Positions 10,619 through 18,648 are shown, numbered from the stretch's first letter. The stretch: DNA of 32,000 nt from Demequinaceae bacterium (GCA_965250005.1 OZ252279.1:270001-302000); one strand, 5' to 3'. A program made the numbers and translations. The notes: a model not told the origin generated them from the letters alone.

Positions 10619-11344
10619 GTGGCTGACGGCGGCAAGAAAATCCCGGAGTCTATCTTCGCTGACGACAACGGCGAGGCCGATGCTCGCCTGGCCCAAGCGC
10701 TCATTCGGCACGGGGCAGGCAAAGGCAGCTTCGCAGAGGTGGTGGACGCACTCGCGTATGCGCGCGTTCTGGTGCCTATCCTCGCTGACGGCGAGGAGCG
10801 CCACATCGGCAAGCACGGGATCGAACAGGACCACATTGCCACCACCGGCGTCGTCGCCGTGGAGATGCCCGACGGTCGCGCAGCGCTCCCCATCTTCACC
10901 GATGTGGCGGCCATGGCGGCGTGGAACCCGGACGCGCGCCCCATTCCCGCCGAGGGCCCGCGCGCCGCGCTCGCAGCGATCAGCGAGGACTGGTCCGTGC
11001 TGATCCTCAACCCAGGCAAGGAGACACTACCGATTCCGCGCCCGGCGGTGTGGGCACTTGCGCAGGGCAACCCTTGGCAGCCCGCAGTTCTTGACGGCGA
11101 TGTGGCAGCCGACGTGCGCGCCGGAATCGTTGCCGCCATCGAGACGGACGACGCCCTGATTGCCGTCGACGCTGTTGCCGGCGGGGGAGCAGAAATCACG
11201 GTAGTCGCGCAGATCGTGCCGGGGCTGTCCGCCCCTGAACTCTCGGCGCTTGTTGAGCGCATCCAGGAGCAGATCGCGAGTGCAACCGTGGTGGCAGAGC
11301 GCGTGGACAGTATCCAACTCAAGCTCGCGCAGGCGGACGCCTAG
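10619..11344 (+). CDS. SseB family protein
   Basis: Short 241-aa ORF, co-directional after priA; MADGGKKIPESIFADDNGEADARLAQAL...VVDALAYARVLVPILA...ALPIFTDVAAMAAWNPDARPIP typical of the SseB N-terminal domain. Confidence 0.75.
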   Translation: MADGGKKIPESIFADDNGEADARLAQALIRHGAGKGSFAEVVDALAYARVLVPILADGEERHIGKHGIEQDHIATTGVVAVEMPDGRAALPIFTDVAAMAAWNPDARPIPAEGPRAALAAISEDWSVLILNPGKETLPIPRPAVWALAQGNPWQPAVLDGDVAADVRAGIVAAIETDDALIAVDAVAGGGAEITVVAQIVPGLSAPELSALVERIQEQIASATVVAERVDSIQLKLAQADA

Positions 11345-12090
11345 CACTGGGCGAGGTCGACGACCCCCAGCTTGTCCTGCTCGAGGAAGTCGTGCAGCAG
11401 GCTCACCGGAACAATGAAGCTGCGGTCCACGAACACCTCTGTCCCGCCCTCGTCGATCGTTCCCGCGTAGACCACGCCAACAACTTCCCAGTCCACGTTG
11501 TACACCGCGGAGCCGGACGATCCGGGCTTGGTTGCGGCGGAGGACTCGAATACGAACGCGGTGTCGCCCAGGGTGTCGTCCTGTTGCGCGACAATGCGCC
11601 CCACCGTAGTAGTGAGACTGCCGCCGCCGGGGAAACCGACCACGTAAACCGTGTCGCCAATCTCTGGGTCTGTATCCGCGAGCGTGGCGTAGTACGTGAA
11701 GGGTTCCGGCGACGTGATCAGCGACAAGTCGGCATTAGTGGCAATTCGGGTGCCCTCGGTTATCACGTGCGAGTAGCCGTCATCGATGGCCCTCAGGGTA
11801 AGGAAGTCATGGTTCTCGACGACGTGCCAGTTGGAAATGACCGTGAACTCGTCGATTGCGAACGCGCTTCCGTCGAAGTCGCCCTCGCATCCGAAGTTCT
11901 CCACCTTCACGGCCGCCAGTTCTCCGGGGTTGTAGCCGAGCGAACTCGAGCGCTGGAACGTGGGAATTTCCGCCGGGTCAACTTTCGTGACCCAGTCAGT
12001 CTCGAGCGGCGCTGGAGCGGTGGGCACTTGTGCGCACGCGGCGAGCGCGAAGACGCCAGCAAGCGCCGCTGTGGCGCGCGCGCGAGTCAC
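11341..12090 (-). CDS. trypsin-like (S1-fold) serine protease lipoprotein P3
   Basis: Lipobox LAAC (GVFALAAC), His in VISNWHVVENH, Asp in NADLSLI, Ser in KPGSSGSAVY; GTG start overlaps preceding stop. Confidence 0.88.
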   Translation of the reverse strand: MTRARATAALAGVFALAACAQVPTAPAPLETDWVTKVDPAEIPTFQRSSSLGYNPGELAAVKVENFGCEGDFDGSAFAIDEFTVISNWHVVENHDFLTLRAIDDGYSHVITEGTRIATNADLSLITSPEPFTYYATLADTDPEIGDTVYVVGFPGGGSLTTTVGRIVAQQDDTLGDTAFVFESSAATKPGSSGSAVYNVDWEVVGVVYAGTIDEGGTEVFVDRSFIVPVSLLHDFLEQDKLGVVDLAQC

Positions 12091-12674
12091 GGTGCGTCCT
12101 TCAGCGCGGCCAACTCGGCGAGCTCGGCCGCTTCCGTTGCGATGTACCCGTCGAAGTCTGCGTCGATGTCCCGGCAGTACGCGTTCACCGTGTTGCCCAC
12201 GGAGCGCACGCTCGAGTACGTGTAGTAGCCGATTTGCAGCACAAAGTCGATGTGCTCGTTCTGGGCGTGGGCGCACTCGATGAGATATGGCGCCTGGAAG
12301 TCGTAGTTCTCCGCAAACTCCTCGGCCAATTCGACCTCGTATCGTCTTAGAAGCTCTGCTTCGAGTGCTGCGAGCAGGTCGATCTCGGACTGTTCCCGCG
12401 CTTCCTCCGCGTCCCTCGCCTGCGTGTTCGATTCGTCGCGCTGAACCTCAAGATCAGCGACGACGCCCTCGAGTTCTAACGTTCGCGTGTTCCATGCTTG
12501 CAGTGTGACCGCGAGGTATCCGACGGCAGCAACGAGTGTCAGACCCAGAAGGCTGGCGATTACCACAACGTTGATTCGGAACGCGCGTCGGTCAATGAAC
12601 TTCACGCGCGCCGGGACGAGCGCGGGCAGCGGGCGGGCGGGCTGCTTTTCGGGAATGCCCGTCACGTTGGTCAC
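12087..12674 (-). CDS. single-pass membrane coiled-coil protein E (C-x32-C family)
   Basis: TM RINVVVIASLLGLTLVAAVGYLAV, coiled coil ELEGVVADLEVQRDESNTQARDAEEAREQ, CAHAQNEHIDF...TVNAYC; GTG start overlaps stop of the upstream gene. Confidence 0.8.
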   Translation of the reverse strand: MTNVTGIPEKQPARPLPALVPARVKFIDRRAFRINVVVIASLLGLTLVAAVGYLAVTLQAWNTRTLELEGVVADLEVQRDESNTQARDAEEAREQSEIDLLAALEAELLRRYEVELAEEFAENYDFQAPYLIECAHAQNEHIDFVLQIGYYTYSSVRSVGNTVNAYCRDIDADFDGYIATEAAELAELAALKDAP

Positions 12675-13186
12675 CCTGCCGTGGCTGCTGTCGAGTCGGC
12701 GATCGCCGCAGCGCACGCCTTGTCGAGGGAGGCTCGTTGAGAGTTCTTCGAACTGGACACGCCCGAGTAGTAGCGCTCGGCGAGGTCAAGCCGGCCCATC
12801 CCGCACGCGTTGAGCCGGCTGGCGATGTCGCGAAGAATCGAGGTCCGCTCGTTTGCCGCATCGATGTCATCCTGCAGGCCGCGAGCTTTGCGGTCCGTGT
12901 TGATTCGTTGCTCGTCGAAGGTATTGAACGCGGACGATTGATAGGCGACGGTCGCCTGCGCAACGCCAATCTCCACGCCAACGGTGACCGCTCTCGCTTC
13001 GAGGGAGGCGACTGACGCTTCGGCATTTCGTATTTCGCTCCACAGCCACCACCCGGTGGCGAGCAGCGCGACGGACGCGAAGCCCACGACCAGGAGCACC
13101 GTGCGGAGCGTCAATCGTTTGCGTGGGTGCGGTCGGGCCCCGGGCTCGACGTCCGGGCTCGCTGGTGCAATCGGCGGTGTTGTCAT
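12671..13186 (-). CDS. single-pass membrane protein D (C-x29-C family)
   Basis: TM LRTVLLVVGFASVALLATGWWLW; CGMGRLDLAERYYSGVSSSKNSQRASLDKAC near C-terminus. Confidence 0.78.
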   Translation of the reverse strand: MTTPPIAPASPDVEPGARPHPRKRLTLRTVLLVVGFASVALLATGWWLWSEIRNAEASVASLEARAVTVGVEIGVAQATVAYQSSAFNTFDEQRINTDRKARGLQDDIDAANERTSILRDIASRLNACGMGRLDLAERYYSGVSSSKNSQRASLDKACAAAIADSTAATAG

Positions 13187-13211
13187 TTCAGTTTTTCACC
13201 GGGCGCACGGA

Positions 13212-13952
13212 CTAGCAGGCAGCGGCATTGTTCCTCAACAGGGAGTCGTCCGCCAGAATGTTAATAAGGATTGAAACGGGCACCATGTACGAGCTCGCGG
13301 CGACTGCCTCGTCGTCGTCGCTCGCGTAAATGACGCCGACGACGTGGCCGTCTTTGCCGTATACAGCGGATCCTGATGATCCCGGCTCGATCTGTGCGGT
13401 TGTTTGGAACACGAATTCCGATTTCTCGATAACGTCGTCGGTCTTGCCGACCACAACGCCCGTGTCCACGCGAAGCTCGTCGCCGCGCGGATAGCCTGCG
13501 GTAACGATCTCGTCGCCCCGCCCCGGGTCCGTGCTCGCGAGACTCACCCACAGGTCAAGGGGCTCTTCGGTAATGATGACGCCGATATCCGCAATATCGG
13601 AGACGGTGGAGCTTACAACCGTGATGTTGCGTCCGTCGTAGCCAGTGACTTCGAGCGCGAAGCGGCCGTCAATGACGTGCCTGTTGGTGATGATGGTGTG
13701 GTCGTCGATTGCGAATCCCGAACCTGTACCGATTCCCTCGCACCCGTCGTTGCGTACGCGGTAGGCAGCGCGCTCAGGGATCGAGAAACCGAATGGCGCA
13801 TCGAGCGCGTCCTGCGCTAGGGGGGAGGGAGATACTTCTGGGATCCAGTCTTCCCGAAGCGCAACGGGGGCCTGGGGGACTACAGAGCACGCCGCGAGTG
13901 CCACCAGGCTGCCAGCGCTGGCGAAGGCGAATGCCCATTTTCGAGCGCTCAT
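13212..13952 (-). CDS. trypsin-like (S1-fold) serine protease lipoprotein P2
   Basis: Lipobox LVALAAC, His in IITNRHVIDG, Asp in IADIGVI, Ser in EPGSSGSAVY. Confidence 0.9.
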   Translation of the reverse strand: MSARKWAFAFASAGSLVALAACSVVPQAPVALREDWIPEVSPSPLAQDALDAPFGFSIPERAAYRVRNDGCEGIGTGSGFAIDDHTIITNRHVIDGRFALEVTGYDGRNITVVSSTVSDIADIGVIITEEPLDLWVSLASTDPGRGDEIVTAGYPRGDELRVDTGVVVGKTDDVIEKSEFVFQTTAQIEPGSSGSAVYGKDGHVVGVIYASDDDEAVAASSYMVPVSILINILADDSLLRNNAAAC

Positions 13953-14509
13953 TCGAGTTCCTCCGCTTCTTCAGCGATCAATTCTGAGGCCTGGGCCCGC
14001 GCGGACTCGCAGTAGTCGTTCACGCTGTCGCGGTACCGGTAGTACACGTAGAGGGGGTACACCTGGCGGCGCTTGACGTACGCGACGTGTTCGCCCTGCT
14101 CGGTTGCACAATCAGCCAGCGCGAACGAAACATTCGAGTACATGTCTTGATAGTCCTGGGCGGCCGCCTTGTCGTTGGCGAGGGCAACAAGATCCCGCTT
14201 GGCAAAGCGGAGAAGTTCTGAGAACTGGTAGTGGTCACCCACGAGGCCGGTGAGAGTGGCTCGCTCCTGCTTGAGCTGGTCCTCGATGGCCGCGCGAGCC
14301 TCCTTTGCTTCGCTCACGTGCTGACCCCACAGGAACGTCACCACTCCCAGATAGATTGTGACCAGGGCGAGCAGACCGAGTAGCGACATCAGGACAATCT
14401 TGAGTGCGCGCCCTTTGCCATTGCGGCCCGTGGTGGCGACGGTGCCTGATCCTTCTGGCGACTCGACCGGGGTGAGCGGTGGAGGTGGTTGCGGGGGAGT
14501 AATCGTCAT
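13949..14509 (-). CDS. single-pass membrane coiled-coil protein C (C-x32-C family)
   Basis: Proline-rich N-terminus, TM IVLMSLLGLLALVTIYLGVVTFLW, coiled coil, CATEQGEHVAYVKRRQVYPLYVYYRYRDSVNDYC. Confidence 0.8.
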   Translation of the reverse strand: MTITPPQPPPPLTPVESPEGSGTVATTGRNGKGRALKIVLMSLLGLLALVTIYLGVVTFLWGQHVSEAKEARAAIEDQLKQERATLTGLVGDHYQFSELLRFAKRDLVALANDKAAAQDYQDMYSNVSFALADCATEQGEHVAYVKRRQVYPLYVYYRYRDSVNDYCESARAQASELIAEEAEELE

Positions 14510-14513
14510 GGCT

Positions 14514-15065
14514 TCAGCCGTTCAGAGAATTGTACTGGCTAAGCGCGGACGTGCACTGACTGTTGATGGAGTTTTCCGTGCTCCGGAGCGACGATGCGCT
14601 TTGCTTCCACATTTTCGCGGCTAGAGCCTGACGGCTCGCGGCGCACTCGCTTAGCGCGGCGGCGGTCCCCCGCCAGGCTGTCGTGATGTCTTGTTCGGCG
14701 GTGGTGTCCTCGGCGAGCGTCGCAGCTTTCTCAATAGCGGACTCACGCTGGCTCTCGAAGAGCGTGCTCTCGGCCTCCAACTCGGCGATGTCGGCCAAGA
14801 CTACCGAGAGGGAGATGCCGTCCGCCTCTGCTTGGCCCTCGATGAGGGCGCTCTCAGCTTTCCAGTAGTCGATGCCGAAGTACATGGCGACGCTGCCTGC
14901 GATCAGAATCACTGCCAGGGAAATCAGCCCAACTCTTGCGTGTGTTGCGCGCTTCCAGCGCCACGGCCACGGGAACGCGCGTTTGGGGCTTCCTTGGTCC
15001 ACGACCGCGACAGCGACCGTAGGCTCGCGGTCCGAGGGTAACGAGGGGGCCCCTGGCGACGTCAT
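14514..15065 (-). CDS. single-pass membrane coiled-coil protein B (C-x29-C family)
   Basis: TM VGLISLAVILIAGSVAMYFGI, CAASRQALAAKMWKQSASSLRSTENSINSQC near C-terminus. Confidence 0.78.
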   Translation of the reverse strand: MTSPGAPSLPSDREPTVAVAVVDQGSPKRAFPWPWRWKRATHARVGLISLAVILIAGSVAMYFGIDYWKAESALIEGQAEADGISLSVVLADIAELEAESTLFESQRESAIEKAATLAEDTTAEQDITTAWRGTAAALSECAASRQALAAKMWKQSASSLRSTENSINSQCTSALSQYNSLNG

Positions 15066-15151
15066 TGTGTTCCCTTCACGGGTACGCGCATTTGCGGCGA
15101 TCCGAGTACAACCTAGCGGCTGTCTGGTTTAGCCGCATCCGCTGGCGGCGA

Positions 15152-15871
15152 TTAGGCGCAATCGGCGGGAATTGGGATGAGGAGTCGCTCTTGCGCCAGC
15201 AGGTCCTGAAGCACCGAGACCGGAATCATGAAGCTTTGGTTTGCGTCTGTCATGGCGTACATGACGCCCACAACTTGGCCAGCTTGGTTCAGAACAGGGG
15301 AGCCTGAGGACCCCTGTTCGACAATCGCGGATGTGCCCAGAACGGTTCCCACCGCTGCGCCGAGGGGGTCGGGCGTCTCGCCCAGGACCACGCCGGGGAT
15401 GGTCGTCAGGCGCCCTCCGCCGGGGTAGCCCACAACCGTGATCGCGTCGCCGGTGGCGGGATCGCTGGCGGCAAGCACCGAAAACGCATCGAGACTCTCT
15501 TCGATACGGAGAACGGCAAGATCTGCAACTGTCGTGCTCTCGCTTGCCGTCGCGCGGAAAATCCTGCCGTCGTAGGTTGAGAGTTCGAGTTCGGTCGAAT
15601 CTGCGATGAGGTGCGCGCTCGTGACGAGCGTGTGTTCATCCACCGCGAACCCCGTGCCTCGCTTGAGGAACCCGCATCCAACGTTGCGGATGCGCACGGT
15701 CATTCGTTGGGCGGCACCAAAGCCATCAGGCGACAGTATCTCCGGCAGGCCTCCCGGGGAGATGGTCGGCTCGGGCACGAAGTCCGAAGGCAACGGTTCA
15801 GGCAACGCCGGAACCACACCGCAGGCAGCGGCTGTCAATGCTGCTACCGCGAGCAGCGTGAACCGGCGCAC
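15152..15871 (-). CDS. trypsin-like (S1-fold) serine protease lipoprotein P1
   Basis: VRRFTLLAVAALTAAACG lipobox-like; His in LVTSAHLIAD, Asp in VADLAVL, Ser in EQGSSGSPVL; GTG start at 15871. Confidence 0.87.
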   Translation of the reverse strand: MRRFTLLAVAALTAAACGVVPALPEPLPSDFVPEPTISPGGLPEILSPDGFGAAQRMTVRIRNVGCGFLKRGTGFAVDEHTLVTSAHLIADSTELELSTYDGRIFRATASESTTVADLAVLRIEESLDAFSVLAASDPATGDAITVVGYPGGGRLTTIPGVVLGETPDPLGAAVGTVLGTSAIVEQGSSGSPVLNQAGQVVGVMYAMTDANQSFMIPVSVLQDLLAQERLLIPIPADCA

Positions 15872-15873
15872 GG

Positions 15874-16572
15874 CTATCCCGTCAACTGCTCTTGGTAGAC
15901 GGTCGCTGCATTGATCGCGGCGGTGCAAATCTGATTCACCGCGGCCTCGAAATCAGCGACCTCTTGGGCGCCGTATAACTCAATGTTCTTGAGGTAGCCC
16001 ACGAGCGTCTTGTGATCCTCAACGCAGCGTGTGAGTGTGAGCGCGACCGCGCCCCCAATGCTCGCGAGTTCACGCAAGTAGTCGATCTCTTGCTGCGCGT
16101 CCAGCGCGCTGTCACGTTCCTGCGCCTTCTCGTCGGCGAGCGCGAGTAGGCGGGCTTGCGCGGTATCGAGCTGCTGAGTGAGCAGGTCGAGTTGCTGTTG
16201 TTGGGCCAGGACCTGCTCTTCTTCGGTCGCGAGTCGCTCGCCGATGTCGTATGCGGCGACAGTGAGTTCGTCCGCGCGCTGCTGCCATGAATTAGACGAA
16301 ATCCACAAGTAGACGGTGAGGGCGAGGAGCAGAGCGGCAATACCGCCAAGGGAACCCAACGCGACCTGCCAGCGCCGACGCTGGGTCAGCGGGATGCGGT
16401 CGAGCGCGTGGGTGTGGTCCGTGACGGGAGTGAGGAGCGCAGTTTCGTCATTCGCGGGATCGCGCGTAAACGCGTTCGAGGACTCGACATGGCCGGGCCG
16501 GTAGATCGCGTTCGTATCCGCATCCTGGCGCGCCCGCCGGTTGTCCTCAGGTGGTGTGGTTCCCAGATTCAC
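15874..16572 (-). CDS. single-pass membrane coiled-coil protein A (C-x32-C family)
   Basis: TM VALGSLGGIAALLLALTVYLWISS, Gln/Glu-rich coiled coil, CVEDHKTLVGYLKNIELYGAQEVADFEAAVNQIC; GTG start overlaps DUF1844 stop (GTGA). Confidence 0.8.
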   Translation of the reverse strand: MNLGTTPPEDNRRARQDADTNAIYRPGHVESSNAFTRDPANDETALLTPVTDHTHALDRIPLTQRRRWQVALGSLGGIAALLLALTVYLWISSNSWQQRADELTVAAYDIGERLATEEEQVLAQQQQLDLLTQQLDTAQARLLALADEKAQERDSALDAQQEIDYLRELASIGGAVALTLTRCVEDHKTLVGYLKNIELYGAQEVADFEAAVNQICTAAINAATVYQEQLTG

Positions 16573-16931
16573 GACACTGCTCCCGTGTATTTTTCTCCGG
16601 GACCCTCGCCCGGTGCATCGGGAAAAGCCGAAACTTCCCGGAACGCCAACTGTACGCTCCTGAGCCCGTCACGCAACGCTCGGGCATGGGTATCGCCCAG
16701 GTCGGGGGCGCCAGCCGTCACGAGGCCTGCGAGGGCGGTGATGATTCGCCGGGCCTCGTCCAAGTCCTTGTGCTGCTCGCCGTCCTCCGCGAGGCCGCAG
16801 CGTAGGGCGGCGGCGCTGAGCAGGTGGACACCTACAGTGGTCACCAGTTCAACGGCCGATACGTCCGCGAGGTCGCGTGCGGACTGTGCGTCGGTGTTGC
16901 TGGCCGTGGGCAACCCAGGAATGTCGTTCAT
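16569..16931 (-). CDS. DUF1844 domain-containing protein
   Basis: VELVTTVGVHLLSAAALRCGL...DLDEARRIITALAGLV...LRDGLRSVQLAFREVS; divergent from infC as commonly seen in Actinobacteria. Confidence 0.85.
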   Translation of the reverse strand: MNDIPGLPTASNTDAQSARDLADVSAVELVTTVGVHLLSAAALRCGLAEDGEQHKDLDEARRIITALAGLVTAGAPDLGDTHARALRDGLRSVQLAFREVSAFPDAPGEGPGEKYTGAVS

Positions 16932-17031
16932 GGTGCTATTCTTGCGTACTGACCGGTGATGGGATTGTCCGTCGCGTGCAAGTGGAGTTCACCTCCCACC
17001 CTCGGGCCACTAGATGGGCCAGGGTTCGGTT

Positions 17032-17053
17032 CGGCTGGCGCATGCGCCAGCCG
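17032..17053. promoter_or_regulatory. perfect 22-nt palindrome in the infC leader/intergenic region
   Basis: CGGCTGGCGCATGCGCCAGCCG, perfectly self-complementary, about 80 nt upstream of the probable infC start. Confidence 0.45.
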
Positions 17054-17133
17054 CGACCTGGTGGCCTCTGCTCGCACTCGAGTAGGGGCCCTTTCCGTGC
17101 CCGGCGGCCATGAAGATCGATAGAGGAGCTGTC

Positions 17134-17973
17134 ATCGAAGAAGCGCGTATTAACGAGCGGATCCGCGTCCTGGAAGTCCGCCTGGTTGGCCCGCAGGGTG
17201 AGCAGGTGGGAATCGTCCGTGCCGAGGATGCGCTTCGTCTTGCGCAGGAGGCAGACCTCGACCTAGTCGAGGTTGCGCCCAACGAGCGTCCACCTGTTGC
17301 CAAAATCATGGACTACGGCAAGTTCAAGTACGAAGCCGCAGTCAAGGCCAGGGAAGCACGCCGCAACCAAGCGAATACGGTCGTCAAAGAGATTCGCTTT
17401 CGCCTCAAGATCGACAAGCACGATTACGAAACCAAAAAGGGCCATGTCATCCGCTTCCTCAAGGCCGGCGACAAGGTCAAGGTGACCATCATGTTCCGCG
17501 GCCGCGAGCAGTCGCGCCCGGAGATGGGCCGCAAGCTGCTCCAGCGCCTCGCCGAGGACGTCGCAGAGCTGTCAATCATTGAGAATGCGCCCACGCAAGA
17601 AGGACGCAACATGTCGCTGGTTCTGGGACCGCTGAAGAAGAAGGCCGAGGCGCAGGCAGCGCTGCGCAAGGAGCGGGAGGCCAAGGCCAGGCAGGATGCA
17701 GCCGACGCCGCTGCGGCCAGCGAGGCTGACGCACCCAAGATTGCGGACAAGAAGGCTGCGAAAGCTGCGAAGGTTGCAGAGAACGCCGCTGGACCCACTG
17801 CCGACGCGAAGCCTGCTGCCAAGGAGCCTGCTGAGAAGAAGCCTGCGGCAGCACCCAAGACAGCGGCAAAGAAGCCGGCGGCAAAGGCTGCCGGAACTAC
17901 GGCATCGGTCGCCAAGAAGCCAGCGGCTAAGAAGCAGGCGGCAAAAAAGAACACCAAGACTTCGGGCGCGTAG
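17134..17973 (+). CDS. infC: translation initiation factor IF-3, probable non-canonical ATC start, long Lys/Ala-rich tail
   Basis: [83 protein letters not shown] at 17123-17128, 5 nt before ATC at 17134; alternative in-frame ATG at 17110 lacks a good RBS. Confidence 0.93.
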   Translation: MEEARINERIRVLEVRLVGPQGEQVGIVRAEDALRLAQEADLDLVEVAPNERPPVAKIMDYGKFKYEAAVKAREARRNQANTVVKEIRFRLKIDKHDYETKKGHVIRFLKAGDKVKVTIMFRGREQSRPEMGRKLLQRLAEDVAELSIIENAPTQEGRNMSLVLGPLKKKAEAQAALRKEREAKARQDAADAAAASEADAPKIADKKAAKAAKVAENAAGPTADAKPAAKEPAEKKPAAAPKTAAKKPAAKAAGTTASVAKKPAAKKQAAKKNTKTSGA

Positions 17974-18032
17974 TCCGAACCCAATGTGCGCCGCCGAACC
18001 TGGTGGCGCCTGATACGAGGAGAGACGGCGCT

Positions 18033-18227
18033 ATGCCGAAGAACAAGACCCACTCGGGAGCCAAGAAGCGTTTCAAGCTGACTGGTACCGGCAAGGTGAC
18101 GCACGATCACGCGATGAACGTGCACAAGTTCCAGGAGAAGAGCGGTTCGCGTAAGCGCCGCGTGGCTCAGGACGCAATTCTGTCTAAGCCCGACTCCAAG
18201 AAGATCAAGAAACTGTTGGGCAAGTAA
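18033..18227 (+). CDS. rpmI: 50S ribosomal protein L35
   Basis: [44 protein letters not shown]. Confidence 0.95.
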   Translation: MPKNKTHSGAKKRFKLTGTGKVTHDHAMNVHKFQEKSGSRKRRVAQDAILSKPDSKKIKKLLGK

Positions 18228-18255
18228 CCGCCCTCTACACGTAAGGAGCAGAACA

Positions 18256-18636
18256 GTGGCACGCGTCAAGCGGGCGGTCAACGCCCAGAAGAAACGCAGG
18301 ACAACCCTTGAGAGGGCCAGCGGCTACCGCGGACAGCGTTCGCGCCTGTACCGCAAGGCCAAAGAGCAGGTCACGCATTCGATGGTTTACGCATACCGTG
18401 ACCGTCGCGCCCGCAAGGGTGAGTTCCGCAAGCTGTGGATCCAGCGGATCAACGCTGCGGCACGACTCAACGGCATCACCTACAACCGCTTTATGCAGGG
18501 CCTGAAGCTCGCGGAGGTTGCGGTTGACCGCCGCATGCTCGCCGACCTTGCGGTAAGCGACCCGAAGGCGTTCGCCACACTCGTGGAGACTGCCAAGAAG
18601 TCACTGCCGAAGGACGTCAACGCTCCCGCGGCGTAG
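18256..18636 (+). CDS. rplT: 50S ribosomal protein L20
   Basis: [70 protein letters not shown]. Confidence 0.97.
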   Translation: MARVKRAVNAQKKRRTTLERASGYRGQRSRLYRKAKEQVTHSMVYAYRDRRARKGEFRKLWIQRINAAARLNGITYNRFMQGLKLAEVAVDRRMLADLAVSDPKAFATLVETAKKSLPKDVNAPAA

Positions 18637-18648
18637 GTGCCTCACAAC

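Noticed and set aside
11341-15871. Possibility that some of the three protease genes are decayed copies
   Set aside because: All three retain lipobox, His, Asp, GSSGS-type Ser contexts and full-length frames, so they read as functional paralogues.
17424-18281. 285-aa minus-strand ORF over the infC tail and rpmI (Ala/Phe-rich)
   Set aside because: The AAFFAA repeats are the reverse reading of the Lys/Ala repeats in IF-3; infC and rpmI are certain.
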